DNA from: Clostridia bacterium
GTDB lineage: Bacteria; Bacillota; Clostridia; Acetivibrionales; STF1-152
NCBI GenBank assembly: GCA_028280575.1
Contig: JANQLN010000068.1
Location: 19,580-83,579 of the forward strand
DNA length: 64,000 nucleotides
Direction of reading: 5' to 3'
Below, piece by piece: positions 11,360 to 21,492 of the stretch (its first letter is position 1; each line of letters opens with the position of its first letter). The translations under genes were made by a program, and so were the position numbers. The notes beneath the pieces were generated by a model. It was not told the DNA's origin. It saw nothing but the letters and a program-made list of their open reading frames with translations, and searched no databases.

Positions 11360-11635
11360 AAAATGGTTGGAGGGGCAAAATGATTAATGGACTGACCATA
11401 ACTGTTTTGGGGATAGTAAAGGGGAGAAATACTAGTTTTTATGGATGCCGACACAGTTTTCTTACATAATGGTCTTGAAAAAATTATAAAATTATATATT
11501 GCAAATGGAATGAAGGGGCTTTTATCAATTCAACCCTATCATACGGTAAGAAAAATGTATGAAAACCTGTCTGCTATATTTAATATAATTGTTGTAGCAG
11601 GAATAAATTTTACAATTAACTGCTATATCAATTAA
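11360..11635 (+). pseudogene. GT2 glycosyltransferase fragment, CrtQ-like
   Basis: GWRGK, FMDADT and LLSIQPYH...YENLSAIFNIIVVAG segments typical of carotenoid glycosyltransferases, interrupted by stops and frameshifts. Confidence 0.7.
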
Positions 11636-11821
11636 TTAAGTTAATTGAGAGAAAAAACCAATATATTCACATTTGCATTTTACAGATTTCCCTTTAATAC
11701 AAGCATCAGAGTGAGGTTTGCAAACTTTTACTGTCAGGATGTGTGGTCATGAATTTGCTGTGGATAAATACTAAAAACTTATTGACACGGTAAGTTGAAA
11801 TGTGCTAATATTTATTTATAC

Positions 11822-11846
11822 TTGTTATAACAATATAATGTTTTGG
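11822..11846 (+). promoter_or_regulatory. Putative GntR/HutC operator (TTGTTATAACAA palindrome)
   Basis: Perfect 12-bp palindrome fitting GT-x-TA-x-AC; near-identical copy upstream of the ALDH gene at 16486-16509. Confidence 0.6.
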
Positions 11847-11966
11847 TAAAGCGAGTCAACTTAAGCGGGCTTGTCTTAAAAGTCAAATCTGAAAAGACGA
11901 TTGTACAGCAGTAATAATTGTAAAAACAGGCACAGGAGTTTAATTATTTTAAAGGAAGGTGGACAA

Positions 11967-12362
11967 ATGTCGATAAAGGTAACAAATATAAGTAATACAG
12001 GGATACAACAGAGTGAGCACTCATTTGAGAATTTGCTTCAAAAAAAGAAATCAAACGTTCTCAGGGATTCATTCATCTTGATTTCTCCTGAAAACTCAAC
12101 AACCGAAACTCTCAAGGCTGGTTATACCACAGTGTATCCTGGCTGCAGGACAAGCGGGCATACCCATCCGGAATTGGAAGAAATATATCATATAGTCAAG
12201 GGACAGGGAATAATGAAAGTTGGGGAGCAGGAGTTTAAAGTAAAGGCGGGAGATACTTTCCTTGTTCCTTTTGGAGATTTCCATACCACTGAAAACCCAT
12301 TTACCGAAACGCTGGAATATTTTTGGGTGGTATCTCCTGACCATAACAGAGTTCAAAAGTAG
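11967..12362 (+). CDS. Cupin-domain protein
   Basis: HTHPELEEIYHIVKGQG and GD...VP.G..H cupin motifs; ATG at 11967 after ggaaggtg. Confidence 0.88.
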   Translation: MSIKVTNISNTGIQQSEHSFENLLQKKKSNVLRDSFILISPENSTTETLKAGYTTVYPGCRTSGHTHPELEEIYHIVKGQGIMKVGEQEFKVKAGDTFLVPFGDFHTTENPFTETLEYFWVVSPDHNRVQK

Positions 12363-12504
12363 ATGAATGCAGACAGCATCATATGAAAGGGAGTGCAGGA
12401 GCAGGCTCCTAGGAATTCCCAAGCCTTTGGAGATGGGGGTCATGAAGCCTGAGGGACCATGAATTCCGAGGCTTCAGTGGTGTTAAGGAAGTGATGTAGC
12501 AGTT

Positions 12505-14025
12505 ATGAATGATGGTTTTTTGATGGGTATTGATATAGGGACTGAAAGTGCTCGTGCAGCGCTTTTGACACTGGATGGAGAGGTTGCTGGAAGCAGTTCG
12601 AGAGAATACCCGCTTTACTGTCCGAGAGCTGAGTGGGCTGAACAGGACCCGGAAGACTGGTGGAATGCAACAATAGAAAACATCAGAGAAATATTGTCAA
12701 AGGTGAAAAAACCCAAAATATTGGGAATAGGGATAGGCGGTCAGATGCATGCCCCAGTGCCTGTGGATAGAGAAGGGGGATTGCTGCTGAATAGGGTCCC
12801 CCTCTGGTGCGATAAAAGAAGCAGTTATCTCTGTGATGAATTCAAAAAAAGATATGAGCCCGTCCAGGGCTTGAAAATTACCGGCAATGCTGTGCTTCCG
12901 GCTTGGACGGGGTTTAAGGTCCAATGGATAAGGGAGCACTATTCTGAAATATATAATAGGACATACAAATTTTTAACCTGCAAGGATTACCTCAACTTGA
13001 AACTCACCGGCAAGATGTTTACAGATTATTCGGAAGCTTCGGCAACCTATTTATTTGATGTTGAAAGAAAAATCTGGTCCGAAGAGCTTGTAAACCTTCT
13101 TGGCCTGGATATAGACAAGCTTCCTGATATTGCAGAAGCATCTAAGCTTATAGGTACTGTAACGCCGCAAGCCGCAGTACTTACAGGATTGGAGGAGGGT
13201 ACCCCGGTGGCTGCCGGGGGCGGGGATATGATGTGTATTCTGCTGGGCGCGGGTATTTCCAAATATGGGCAGGCATGTGATATAACCGGAACGGCAGCTG
13301 ACATTTCTGTCTTTGTCGAAAAGCCTTTGTATGATCCCCGTTTAATGCATATACATCATATTGTACCGGGCGGAGGCTGGGTTTCTTTTGGAATCCTGGA
13401 CGCAGGAGGGGGAAGTTTCAAATGGTTCAAGGATACTTTCTGCCAGAAAGAATCGGAAAGGGCAAAGGATAAAGGAATTTCGGTATACCAGCTTTTGGGC
13501 GACAAAGCCGGGCAGGTTCCCGAGGGTTCGGAACAGCTGCTTTTTTTTCCATATCTGCTTGGTGAAAGGACCTTGGGGTCAAGCAACAGCAGGGGCGTTT
13601 TCTTCGGATTGACACCAAGACACACAATTGCCCATTGTGTAAGGGCTATAATGGAAGGAGTTGCCTTCGACCTCAACCAAAGCCTTGAAATTATAGAGGA
13701 TAAGAATGTAGGAATTGAAGAAATACGCGCCATTGCAGGAGGGGCAAGAAGTGATGTGTGGTGTGATATCAAAGCCAATGTATATAGAAGAGCAATTGTT
13801 ACCCTGAATAACTTTGAAGGCGGTGTGATTGGAGCTGCAATGCTTGCAGGACTTGGTGCCGGATTATACGGGGATGTAGAAGAAGCAGCGCAGAGAATTA
13901 TAAATTTTGACAAGAGGTACATACCTGAGCATGGAAAAATGGAGCTGTATGAGAAAATGTATGCCTTATATAAAGAAATGCATGATGGAATACAGGGTTA
14001 TTATCATAAACTTGCTAAACTGTAA
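12505..14025 (+). CDS. FGGY carbohydrate kinase (xylulokinase-like)
   Basis: GIDIGT, EQDP, GQMH, AGGGD, PYLLGER, GGARS motifs. Confidence 0.92.
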   Translation: MNDGFLMGIDIGTESARAALLTLDGEVAGSSSREYPLYCPRAEWAEQDPEDWWNATIENIREILSKVKKPKILGIGIGGQMHAPVPVDREGGLLLNRVPLWCDKRSSYLCDEFKKRYEPVQGLKITGNAVLPAWTGFKVQWIREHYSEIYNRTYKFLTCKDYLNLKLTGKMFTDYSEASATYLFDVERKIWSEELVNLLGLDIDKLPDIAEASKLIGTVTPQAAVLTGLEEGTPVAAGGGDMMCILLGAGISKYGQACDITGTAADISVFVEKPLYDPRLMHIHHIVPGGGWVSFGILDAGGGSFKWFKDTFCQKESERAKDKGISVYQLLGDKAGQVPEGSEQLLFFPYLLGERTLGSSNSRGVFFGLTPRHTIAHCVRAIMEGVAFDLNQSLEIIEDKNVGIEEIRAIAGGARSDVWCDIKANVYRRAIVTLNNFEGGVIGAAMLAGLGAGLYGDVEEAAQRIINFDKRYIPEHGKMELYEKMYALYKEMHDGIQGYYHKLAKL

Positions 14026-14202
14026 TGAAAAAAGCTTTTAGGAAGATTTTATTGAAACGCGTGGCCGGAAAACAATATAATAATGAAGAATTAAGCTTTG
14101 GTTATAATGAAAATGTTTTATTATAGCATAAATTAGTGTATAATTTTTGTATGAATTTTTAAAAAAAATGTATATAAAAGCTGGAAGTGGAGTGGATGGA
14201 TT

Positions 14203-14940
14203 TTGATTAACAAGTCACAGCCTTTACCGTTATATTATCAGGTAAAAGAGGATATCCTGGATAAAATCAGTCAGGAGATATTTCAGGTGGGAGACATAAT
14301 ACCTTCTGAAAATGAGCTGCAAAGCATGTATAGAGTAAGCCGCATCACTATAAGGCGCGCTATACAGGAGCTGGTTCAGGAGGGCTATCTTTCTGCCCAG
14401 CAGGGTAAGGGTACTTTTGTAAGCCAACCTAAAGCTACCCAGGAGTTAAATGTGATAACAAGCTGGGCTGAAACCATGATGAATCTTGGTATGCACCCTG
14501 AAACAAAGAACATTCAGTTCAGCGAGGAGTCTTCGTCCGTTACTGTAGCCAAAATGTTAAATGTGGACCCCGGTGAAAGAGTATATAAGATTGAGAGATT
14601 AAGATATGCCGCGGGAGAGCCTATTTGTATAATGGTTAACTACCTGATACCTGAATTGGTTCCGGGTTTGATACAAAAAGGACTTGTGGGAGAATCCCTG
14701 TATGAAACTCTGGAAAAAAGGTATAACATTGTCATGGAGAGGGCTGTTGAAACTGTAGAAGCCTGTGCGGCCAATGTACGGGAGGCAGAGCTTTTAAACA
14801 TTAAGAAGGGTTCACCACTGCTGCGGGTAAAGAGGGTGACCTACGGCAGTGATGACAGGGTTATAGAAATAGTAATAGCGGTATCGAGGGCGGACAAGTA
14901 CTCATATACAATCAACCTGCTGGGAAGACCTAAGAAGTAG
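14203..14940 (+). CDS. GntR-family (HutC/UTRA) regulator
   Basis: PLYYQ, PSENEL...VSRITIRRA...QGKGTFV; UTRA-like C-terminus. Confidence 0.93.
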   Translation: MINKSQPLPLYYQVKEDILDKISQEIFQVGDIIPSENELQSMYRVSRITIRRAIQELVQEGYLSAQQGKGTFVSQPKATQELNVITSWAETMMNLGMHPETKNIQFSEESSSVTVAKMLNVDPGERVYKIERLRYAAGEPICIMVNYLIPELVPGLIQKGLVGESLYETLEKRYNIVMERAVETVEACAANVREAELLNIKKGSPLLRVKRVTYGSDDRVIEIVIAVSRADKYSYTINLLGRPKK

Positions 14941-15013
14941 TCCATAAATCCAGGTTTTGAAAGTATCAGCCTAAAAATTTATGTTTTATCATAAAAATGA
15001 TATTTTTGGTTCT

Positions 15014-16450
15014 CTATTCAAGTTCAATCTTCACATGCTTGAACTGCAGATACTGGTCCATAGCATGTTTGGACAACTCCACCCCAAACCCGCTGTCTTT
15101 TCTTCCCCCATACGGCGCATAGATTGAATCAGGGCTAACCGTATTGACTGCTACACTTCCACAGTCTAGAGCTTCACTGGCTTTAAAGGCAGTAGCCAGA
15201 CTGCTTGTGTAAACATACGAGACCAGACCATAATCTGTATTGTTTGCCTTATCTATAGCTTCTTTGAGATTTTTAAAGGTGTCGATGGCGACAACCGGGC
15301 CAAAGGTTTCTTCTTTCATTATTTTCATATCTTCAGACACGTTTGTAAGTATGGTAGGTTCAAAGAAGTTTCCCTTGGAATACTGCGCGCCTTCCGGCTT
15401 TTTACCTCCATACTTAATAATTGCCCCTTTTGAAACGGCATCCTGGATATGTTTTTTTGCAGTATGCAGGCCGTTTTCCTCCACCATTGGACCAAGGTGT
15501 ACCTCAGGGTTTGCAAATCCATCTCCAATAGTAAGTTTGCTGGTTTCCTCGACAAATGATTCTATAAATATGTCAAATACACTTTCCTGAATATAAATTC
15601 TGTTTAAAGCATTGCAGATCTGGCCCATATTGCGAAATGAGCGTTTTACCCCATCTTTTACTGCTTTTTGCAAGTTTGCATCTTCAAATACCACTAAGGG
15701 TGAGTGCCCCCCAAGTTCCAGGTTTAATTTTTTAAGGCTTGAAGCGGATGATTGAATGATTTTTTTTCCTGTTTGGGTCGAACCGGTAAAAGCGATTTTT
15801 TTAATGAGTTTACTGCTGAATAGTTCTTCCCCCACTTCACTGTGGTTTCCATACACAACATTCAGTGCCCCATCCGGGAAACCGGCTGAGTGGCAAAGCC
15901 TCATAAATTCTGTCAACGCCATAGGAGTTGCCTTCGGCGGTTTTACAACAACCGTACACCCTGCTGCCAATGCCGGTGCGATTTTCCATGCAATCAGCGA
16001 TACGGGATAGTTCCATGCTGCGATTGCAGCAACTACACCTATCGGCTCCTTAAACACCAGGCTTTTTGAAGTTTTTGAAGCGGGGCAAGATATTTCCCCT
16101 ACCAGGTCTACACAGACCTGTGAATAGTATTCAAGTACGTCTGCAGAGCCTAGAATTTCCTTTCTCGCGTCTCCTAATGGTTTTCCGTGCTCTTTTGTAA
16201 GCAATTCAGATAGTTGCCCAGAACATTCCCTTATGACATCCGACGCCTTTCTCAAAATCCTTGAACGCTGTATAGGAGATGTCTTTGACCATATTTTAAA
16301 AGCATTATGGGCGCTGCGTATTGCCGATTTTGCTTCATCCCCTGTAAGGAAAGGTATGGTGCCCACAGTTTCACCATTTGCAGGATTTTTTACCTCCAGC
16401 CTTTTTTCGCTGTTAAACATTTTGCCGTCTATTAATACACCTAAATCCAT
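15014..16450 (-). CDS. NAD(P)-dependent aldehyde dehydrogenase (SSADH-like)
   Basis: WNYP, FTGS, LELGG, GQIC catalytic Cys, EETFGP; ATG at 16450 after gaggtg. Confidence 0.93.
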   Translation of the reverse strand: MDLGVLIDGKMFNSEKRLEVKNPANGETVGTIPFLTGDEAKSAIRSAHNAFKIWSKTSPIQRSRILRKASDVIRECSGQLSELLTKEHGKPLGDARKEILGSADVLEYYSQVCVDLVGEISCPASKTSKSLVFKEPIGVVAAIAAWNYPVSLIAWKIAPALAAGCTVVVKPPKATPMALTEFMRLCHSAGFPDGALNVVYGNHSEVGEELFSSKLIKKIAFTGSTQTGKKIIQSSASSLKKLNLELGGHSPLVVFEDANLQKAVKDGVKRSFRNMGQICNALNRIYIQESVFDIFIESFVEETSKLTIGDGFANPEVHLGPMVEENGLHTAKKHIQDAVSKGAIIKYGGKKPEGAQYSKGNFFEPTILTNVSEDMKIMKEETFGPVVAIDTFKNLKEAIDKANNTDYGLVSYVYTSSLATAFKASEALDCGSVAVNTVSPDSIYAPYGGRKDSGFGVELSKHAMDQYLQFKHVKIELE

Positions 16451-16485
16451 TATTATCACACCTCTTAAATAAATTTTTACAAACT

Positions 16486-16509
16486 CCAAACATTATAATG
16501 ATATAACAA
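16486..16509 (-). promoter_or_regulatory. Second putative GntR operator
   Basis: Minus strand ttgttatatcattataatgtttgg versus ttgttataacaatataatgttttgg at 11822. Confidence 0.55.
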
Positions 16510-16937
16510 TATGTCCTCTAAAAACCCCCTAAAAATAATCAATAAGAGTTTGAAATAAATGAGAAAAATGCTGTTCGGCTTAAAAACACTTAAGAGTATG
16601 GAGCGGCTTTTTTAAAGTGTTCTGACATGGGCAAAAGCATTGAATATTCCCCCTTTCCGTTCCGAATTTACCCTGACGGTTATATACCACAGCATTTACT
16701 TTAAATGACCCAAGCTTGGAGCTTTTAATATAAAGTGATTATACTAGTTCACAGATGATAAGTCAAGCTGAGCCGGTCAGGGCCGCGATTAAAATCTGCA
16801 CCCAAAAATAGGCAATTAATTGACCCTTACATGATTTTATGTTAGAATATATTAGGTAAATTAAGTACTTTTTTAAATAAAATCTTGTATATTTGAGACA
16901 TCGCAAACATCTTATTTAAAGTAAGAAAAGGTGCCTA

Positions 16938-19184
16938 ATGAGTAAATATTATAAACAAGTATTATTAAATTATTTGTCACTCGTTTCTATGCTAAGTATA
17001 TTGATTGCTTTTGTAAGCATTTCTATCTTTGAAAAGTCATATAAAGAAATGATAAATGCAAATATGAACGAAATCCTTGCCTTTAATCAAAATAACCTTA
17101 TAGATTCAATAATAAGCATAAAAGATGATATCCGCTTTAGTATTTTCCAAAAAGAATCAGGTCAGACAAAAGCTATTTTAAGTGATAATATCTCGGTTAA
17201 TGAATATTTAAAGATAAAATCTATATATGATTATTTGACAATGTTAGAGCTCAAGCACAATCAAGCAGTCAATGGAATCCATTTATATTATAAAAACTCG
17301 GATATTATGATATCATCTAAATATGGCCTTAAGGTTGTTGATGAAGGCTGGAATAAAGATATAAACATAAGCTGGGTAGACGGCGTATCAGATTCTGATA
17401 CAGATGAAATATGGATACCTACACGGCCTGAAAATCTGACAATATCTCCTGTTAGTGCTGTGGAATATAATTTTTCTTATGTAATGGCTTATAATAAAAT
17501 ACTTACAGATAATACAATTTATATTTGTATAGATTTTAACGAATTATATTTAAAAGACAAATTATCACACGGAATAGAGGGGAAAAACTATGTTTTGGAC
17601 CACAATGGCAATGTTATATCTGTAAGCCATGGAGACGAGAAGCTTATTTATCGTAATATTGAAGGGTTTTTAGAGCACGAAAAGCATTTCCAGTTTGATA
17701 TAAATGATGTAAAGTATCTTGTTTCTTTTATAATTAATAAGCAAACAGGCTGGTATTTGGTGAATCAATATCCTATAGATTCATTATATGGGGCATTGAA
17801 AACTATAAAAATCATTGTAATTATTATTGCTGCATTTTTGAGTATTATAGGCATATCAATATCCATATTCTTAGCGCATAAATCATATTTACCCATTAAA
17901 GGATTGGTATACAAATTATCTAGCAGTTATGGTGTTAACTTCAGGCAAAAACGCAGTGAATTCAAAGTTATTGATAACTTCATAACCAATCTGGATTTGC
18001 AGATACACAAAATGGAAAATACTGTTAACCAGAATAGAAGCTCTTTAGAATCTCAACTTATAAATGATTTAGCTAATAACAGGATAAAGTCATATGATAT
18101 TCTAAAAGAACGCACAGAGTTCTTAGGTATTAACTTTGATAAGGTCTATTATGTATTAGTTAACTTAAGTATAAAGATTAATGCCCAAAATATTCCATTG
18201 ATAGAAAAGCACATGATTCGATATGAGCTGATAGAAAAAATCAATGATTTAAGTGATACGGAAAATATTATACTTATTAATGAGGAGTCTGAGCAGTCCA
18301 TAAATTTACTCATAAATACGAATAGTGAATACGGTATACTAATCTCTGACAAGATAAAATTGATAACGGCGCTTAAGAAAATACTGGGTGCAAATATCAA
18401 AATCCAGGCGATTATAACTCAGATGACAAATTCAGTTTTGAAGCTGGATGAGCAATATGTCCTTTTAGCCAGGCTGAAAAAATATGCGTTCTATATACCT
18501 GATGAACATATTATTACGTACAAACTATTAGACAGGGTAAATAATTCGCAGAGCATTGATCAAAAATTAATCCAAAACTTTACTCATTCGGTATTTAGTA
18601 TGGATTACCAAAATCTTATGCCCAGTATAAACAGGATCCATTTACAGTTACTTGACAATAATTGCACATATGAAGTTTGTAATGATGCAATGTATCAGCT
18701 TATAAACAGTGTTACACGTTATATTGAGCATATGAATTACAAATATAAGGGTAACCCTTATTCATTATTCACTACTGCCGGTGATATTGATATGTTTAAA
18801 CAAGCCCTTGTGAAAGAGATTAGGAATATACATAATGATATCAATGAAAAAAATGAGGATGATGCCGGATACATAATAAATAAAGTCAAACAGTACGTGA
18901 ATGATAACGTGGCAGAAAACCTTTCACTTAATACAATTTCTGAAAAAGTATATATTACACCACAATACCTAAGTACGTTATTTAAAAAGAAAACAGGCAG
19001 CAATTTAAGCGCTTACATCATTTCTGTCCGCATTGATAAAGCTAAACATTTACTTAATGATACATCATATAGTATAGCAGAAATAGGAAGGTGTATCGGA
19101 TATGAGACGTCTCACTACTTTATAAAAAAGTTTAAGGAATCTGAGGGCATGACACCTAAGCAATATAGAAATCACAGGTCTTAG
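16938..19184 (+). CDS. Membrane-anchored AraC regulator with extracellular Cache-like sensor (YesS/YtdP-like)
   Basis: Two TM segments flanking a sensor region; C-terminal AraC HTH (GYETSHYFIKKFK..GMTPKQYR). Confidence 0.85.
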   Translation: MSKYYKQVLLNYLSLVSMLSILIAFVSISIFEKSYKEMINANMNEILAFNQNNLIDSIISIKDDIRFSIFQKESGQTKAILSDNISVNEYLKIKSIYDYLTMLELKHNQAVNGIHLYYKNSDIMISSKYGLKVVDEGWNKDINISWVDGVSDSDTDEIWIPTRPENLTISPVSAVEYNFSYVMAYNKILTDNTIYICIDFNELYLKDKLSHGIEGKNYVLDHNGNVISVSHGDEKLIYRNIEGFLEHEKHFQFDINDVKYLVSFIINKQTGWYLVNQYPIDSLYGALKTIKIIVIIIAAFLSIIGISISIFLAHKSYLPIKGLVYKLSSSYGVNFRQKRSEFKVIDNFITNLDLQIHKMENTVNQNRSSLESQLINDLANNRIKSYDILKERTEFLGINFDKVYYVLVNLSIKINAQNIPLIEKHMIRYELIEKINDLSDTENIILINEESEQSINLLINTNSEYGILISDKIKLITALKKILGANIKIQAIITQMTNSVLKLDEQYVLLARLKKYAFYIPDEHIITYKLLDRVNNSQSIDQKLIQNFTHSVFSMDYQNLMPSINRIHLQLLDNNCTYEVCNDAMYQLINSVTRYIEHMNYKYKGNPYSLFTTAGDIDMFKQALVKEIRNIHNDINEKNEDDAGYIINKVKQYVNDNVAENLSLNTISEKVYITPQYLSTLFKKKTGSNLSAYIISVRIDKAKHLLNDTSYSIAEIGRCIGYETSHYFIKKFKESEGMTPKQYRNHRS

Positions 19185-19409
19185 AAAATAATTTTGCACT
19201 TGTTTATCAACACAGGCAATTTTCTGTATCTTATGATTGGCACACCATATTCAAAAAATATCACAGATTTATGATAATACAAACATATAATTCAAATATG
19301 CTTAAATGTTATTTTGTTGTACTTTTATAAAAAAATATTATTGTTTTTTTCATACATGATGATATATAATCACAACTGACCAATAAATAAAGAAGAAGGG
19401 GAGCATTGA

Positions 19410-20357
19410 ATGGAGAAAAACTATCTAATCAAGCCTAAAGGATTTGCTCTTTTGAAGGATTGGCTGGCCTCATACAGAAAACACAGGGTATTGTTTTTAA
19501 TGCTGATACCTGGGTTGTTGTATTTTATTGTTTTCAAGTATTTCCCGATATATGGTTTGCAGATTGCATTTAAAGATTTTAACCTGGTCGAAGGTATCTG
19601 GGGCAGTGACTGGGCAGGATTAAAATACTTCAATATGCTTTTTACTACAAAAAGCTTTTTTGACGTTTTTAAAAATACGATTATTATAAGCATATATCAA
19701 TTAGTATTTGGTTTCCCGGCACCTATCATACTGGCACTCATGTTATATGAGATAAGGAATTTGGCTTATAAAAAACTGGTACAAACTATCAGTTACCTTC
19801 CCCACTTTGTATCATGGGTCGTATTAGCCGGCGTTTTCACCCGATTTTTGTCGCCTTCTTCAGGCCCCGTCAATATTTTAATTAAAACATTTGGGGCTGA
19901 ACCGATCTTCTTTTTGGGCGATAACAGATATTTTAGAGCGACGTTGATTGTAACAGAGATTTGGAAAAGTATAGGATGGGGATCAATTGTTTATATTGCG
20001 GCTTTATCAGGAATTGACCCAGCATTATACGAATCAGCAAACATAGACGGTGCAAATAAAATTAAAAAAATTATTCATATTACTCTGCCATCATTGACGC
20101 CTGTCATTACAATTATGCTGATATTTGCTATAGGCAGGATAATTAATGATAACTTTAACCAGATATTTAATCTGTATAGTCCGATTGTATATCCAACCGG
20201 TGATGTTATCAGTACTTACGTATATCGAATGGGTTTGGCCAAAATGGAATTCAGCTTTACTACTGCAGTGGGTTTGTCCAAGAATGTTATATCATTTTCG
20301 CTGGTTATTATTGCTAATGCTGTTGCAAAAAAAGTCAACGATTACGGTATATGGTAA
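19410..20357 (+). CDS. Sugar ABC transporter permease (LplB/YteP-like)
   Basis: SYLPHFVSWV, EAA loop LYESANIDGA. Confidence 0.93.
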   Translation: MEKNYLIKPKGFALLKDWLASYRKHRVLFLMLIPGLLYFIVFKYFPIYGLQIAFKDFNLVEGIWGSDWAGLKYFNMLFTTKSFFDVFKNTIIISIYQLVFGFPAPIILALMLYEIRNLAYKKLVQTISYLPHFVSWVVLAGVFTRFLSPSSGPVNILIKTFGAEPIFFLGDNRYFRATLIVTEIWKSIGWGSIVYIAALSGIDPALYESANIDGANKIKKIIHITLPSLTPVITIMLIFAIGRIINDNFNQIFNLYSPIVYPTGDVISTYVYRMGLAKMEFSFTTAVGLSKNVISFSLVIIANAVAKKVNDYGIW

Positions 20358-20562
20358 GGAGGTGAGATATATGAGGATTAAACAATCAATACGTATATCA
20401 AATGGATTTGGCTAAAATGGAATTCAGTTTTACTACTGCGGCGGGTTTGTCTAAGAATGTTATATTATTTTCGCTGGTTACTGTTGCTGATGCTCCTTGT
20501 GAGAAAAGTCGGCGATACGGTATATGATAGGGAGGTGCCATAGATGAAGATTAATCAATCAA
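20217..20562 (+). repeat. Diverged 173-bp tandem duplication spanning the permease junction
   Basis: 20217-20389 and 20390-20562 align end to end (tacgtatatc...caatcaa). Confidence 0.92.
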
Positions 20563-21422
20563 AGGATGACAGGATGCTGGAGATAGTCGTTTCTGTGTCA
20601 TTGGCAATATTATGTATCACTACACTTTACCCTTTTTGGAACCTGATTGTAGTATCATTACTGCCGTCAACTGCTCCAATGTCAAAGTTATACTTCTTCC
20701 CGCCTGCGATAGACTTCCAAAACTATCTTATTGTATTGCGAAGCCCAGATATATATATTGGATTCAGAAACTCAGTTGTGCGCTTGGTTCTGGGCACAAT
20801 CCTGAGTGTCATCGTAACTATTACAATGGCATATCCACTATCAAAAAAATATTTGCCCAACAGGACTTTTTGGACAGCCATTATAGTATTTACCATGTAC
20901 TTTGGAGGCGGATTGATTCCTACTTATTTATTGATAACAAATACGCTGGAGCTGACAAATACAATCTGGGCATGGGTATTGCCGAATTTGGTAAGCGCAT
21001 TTCATTTAATTATTGCACGCAATTTTTTAAGCAGTATCCCAAAGGAGCTTGAAGAATCGGCAAGAATTGATGGAGCTGGAGATTTTAGGACTTTCGTTCA
21101 AATCATTGTACCTTTGTCAAAGCCTATAATAGCTACTGTAGCATTATGGACAGCGGTAGGATTATGGAACGAATGGTTTGATGCTCTGCTGTATACGCCT
21201 GCGCCGGAAATGGCGGTATTGCAAATGGTCATGAGGCGTGTAATTATGGCAGGCTCAAACAGTTTTGAGGATGCATTGACAATGGATGAATTGTCATATA
21301 TCAATCCTGAAAACCTTAAAGCTTCGACTGTTATTGTTGCAACTGTTCCTATATTAATAACCTATCCGTTTGTGCAAAAATACTTTGTAAGGGGTGTCCT
21401 GGTAGGTTCACTTAAAGGATAG
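20544..21422 (+). CDS. Sugar ABC transporter permease (LplC/YtcP-like)
   Basis: MYFGGGLIPTY, ELEESARIDGA, YPFVQKYF..G...GSLKG. Confidence 0.93.
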   Translation: MKINQSKDDRMLEIVVSVSLAILCITTLYPFWNLIVVSLLPSTAPMSKLYFFPPAIDFQNYLIVLRSPDIYIGFRNSVVRLVLGTILSVIVTITMAYPLSKKYLPNRTFWTAIIVFTMYFGGGLIPTYLLITNTLELTNTIWAWVLPNLVSAFHLIIARNFLSSIPKELEESARIDGAGDFRTFVQIIVPLSKPIIATVALWTAVGLWNEWFDALLYTPAPEMAVLQMVMRRVIMAGSNSFEDALTMDELSYINPENLKASTVIVATVPILITYPFVQKYFVRGVLVGSLKG

Positions 21423-21492
21423 AATTTGATTTGCCTAAATATCGCCATAGACAAAATATAATAAATATAAATAGAAAGGAAGGAAGGAAAGC

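Noticed and set aside
16776-16828. Possible IS21-like terminal repeat (gtcagggccgcgattaaaa...aattgaccc)
   Set aside because: Resemblance is from memory only; no partner end or transposase in the window
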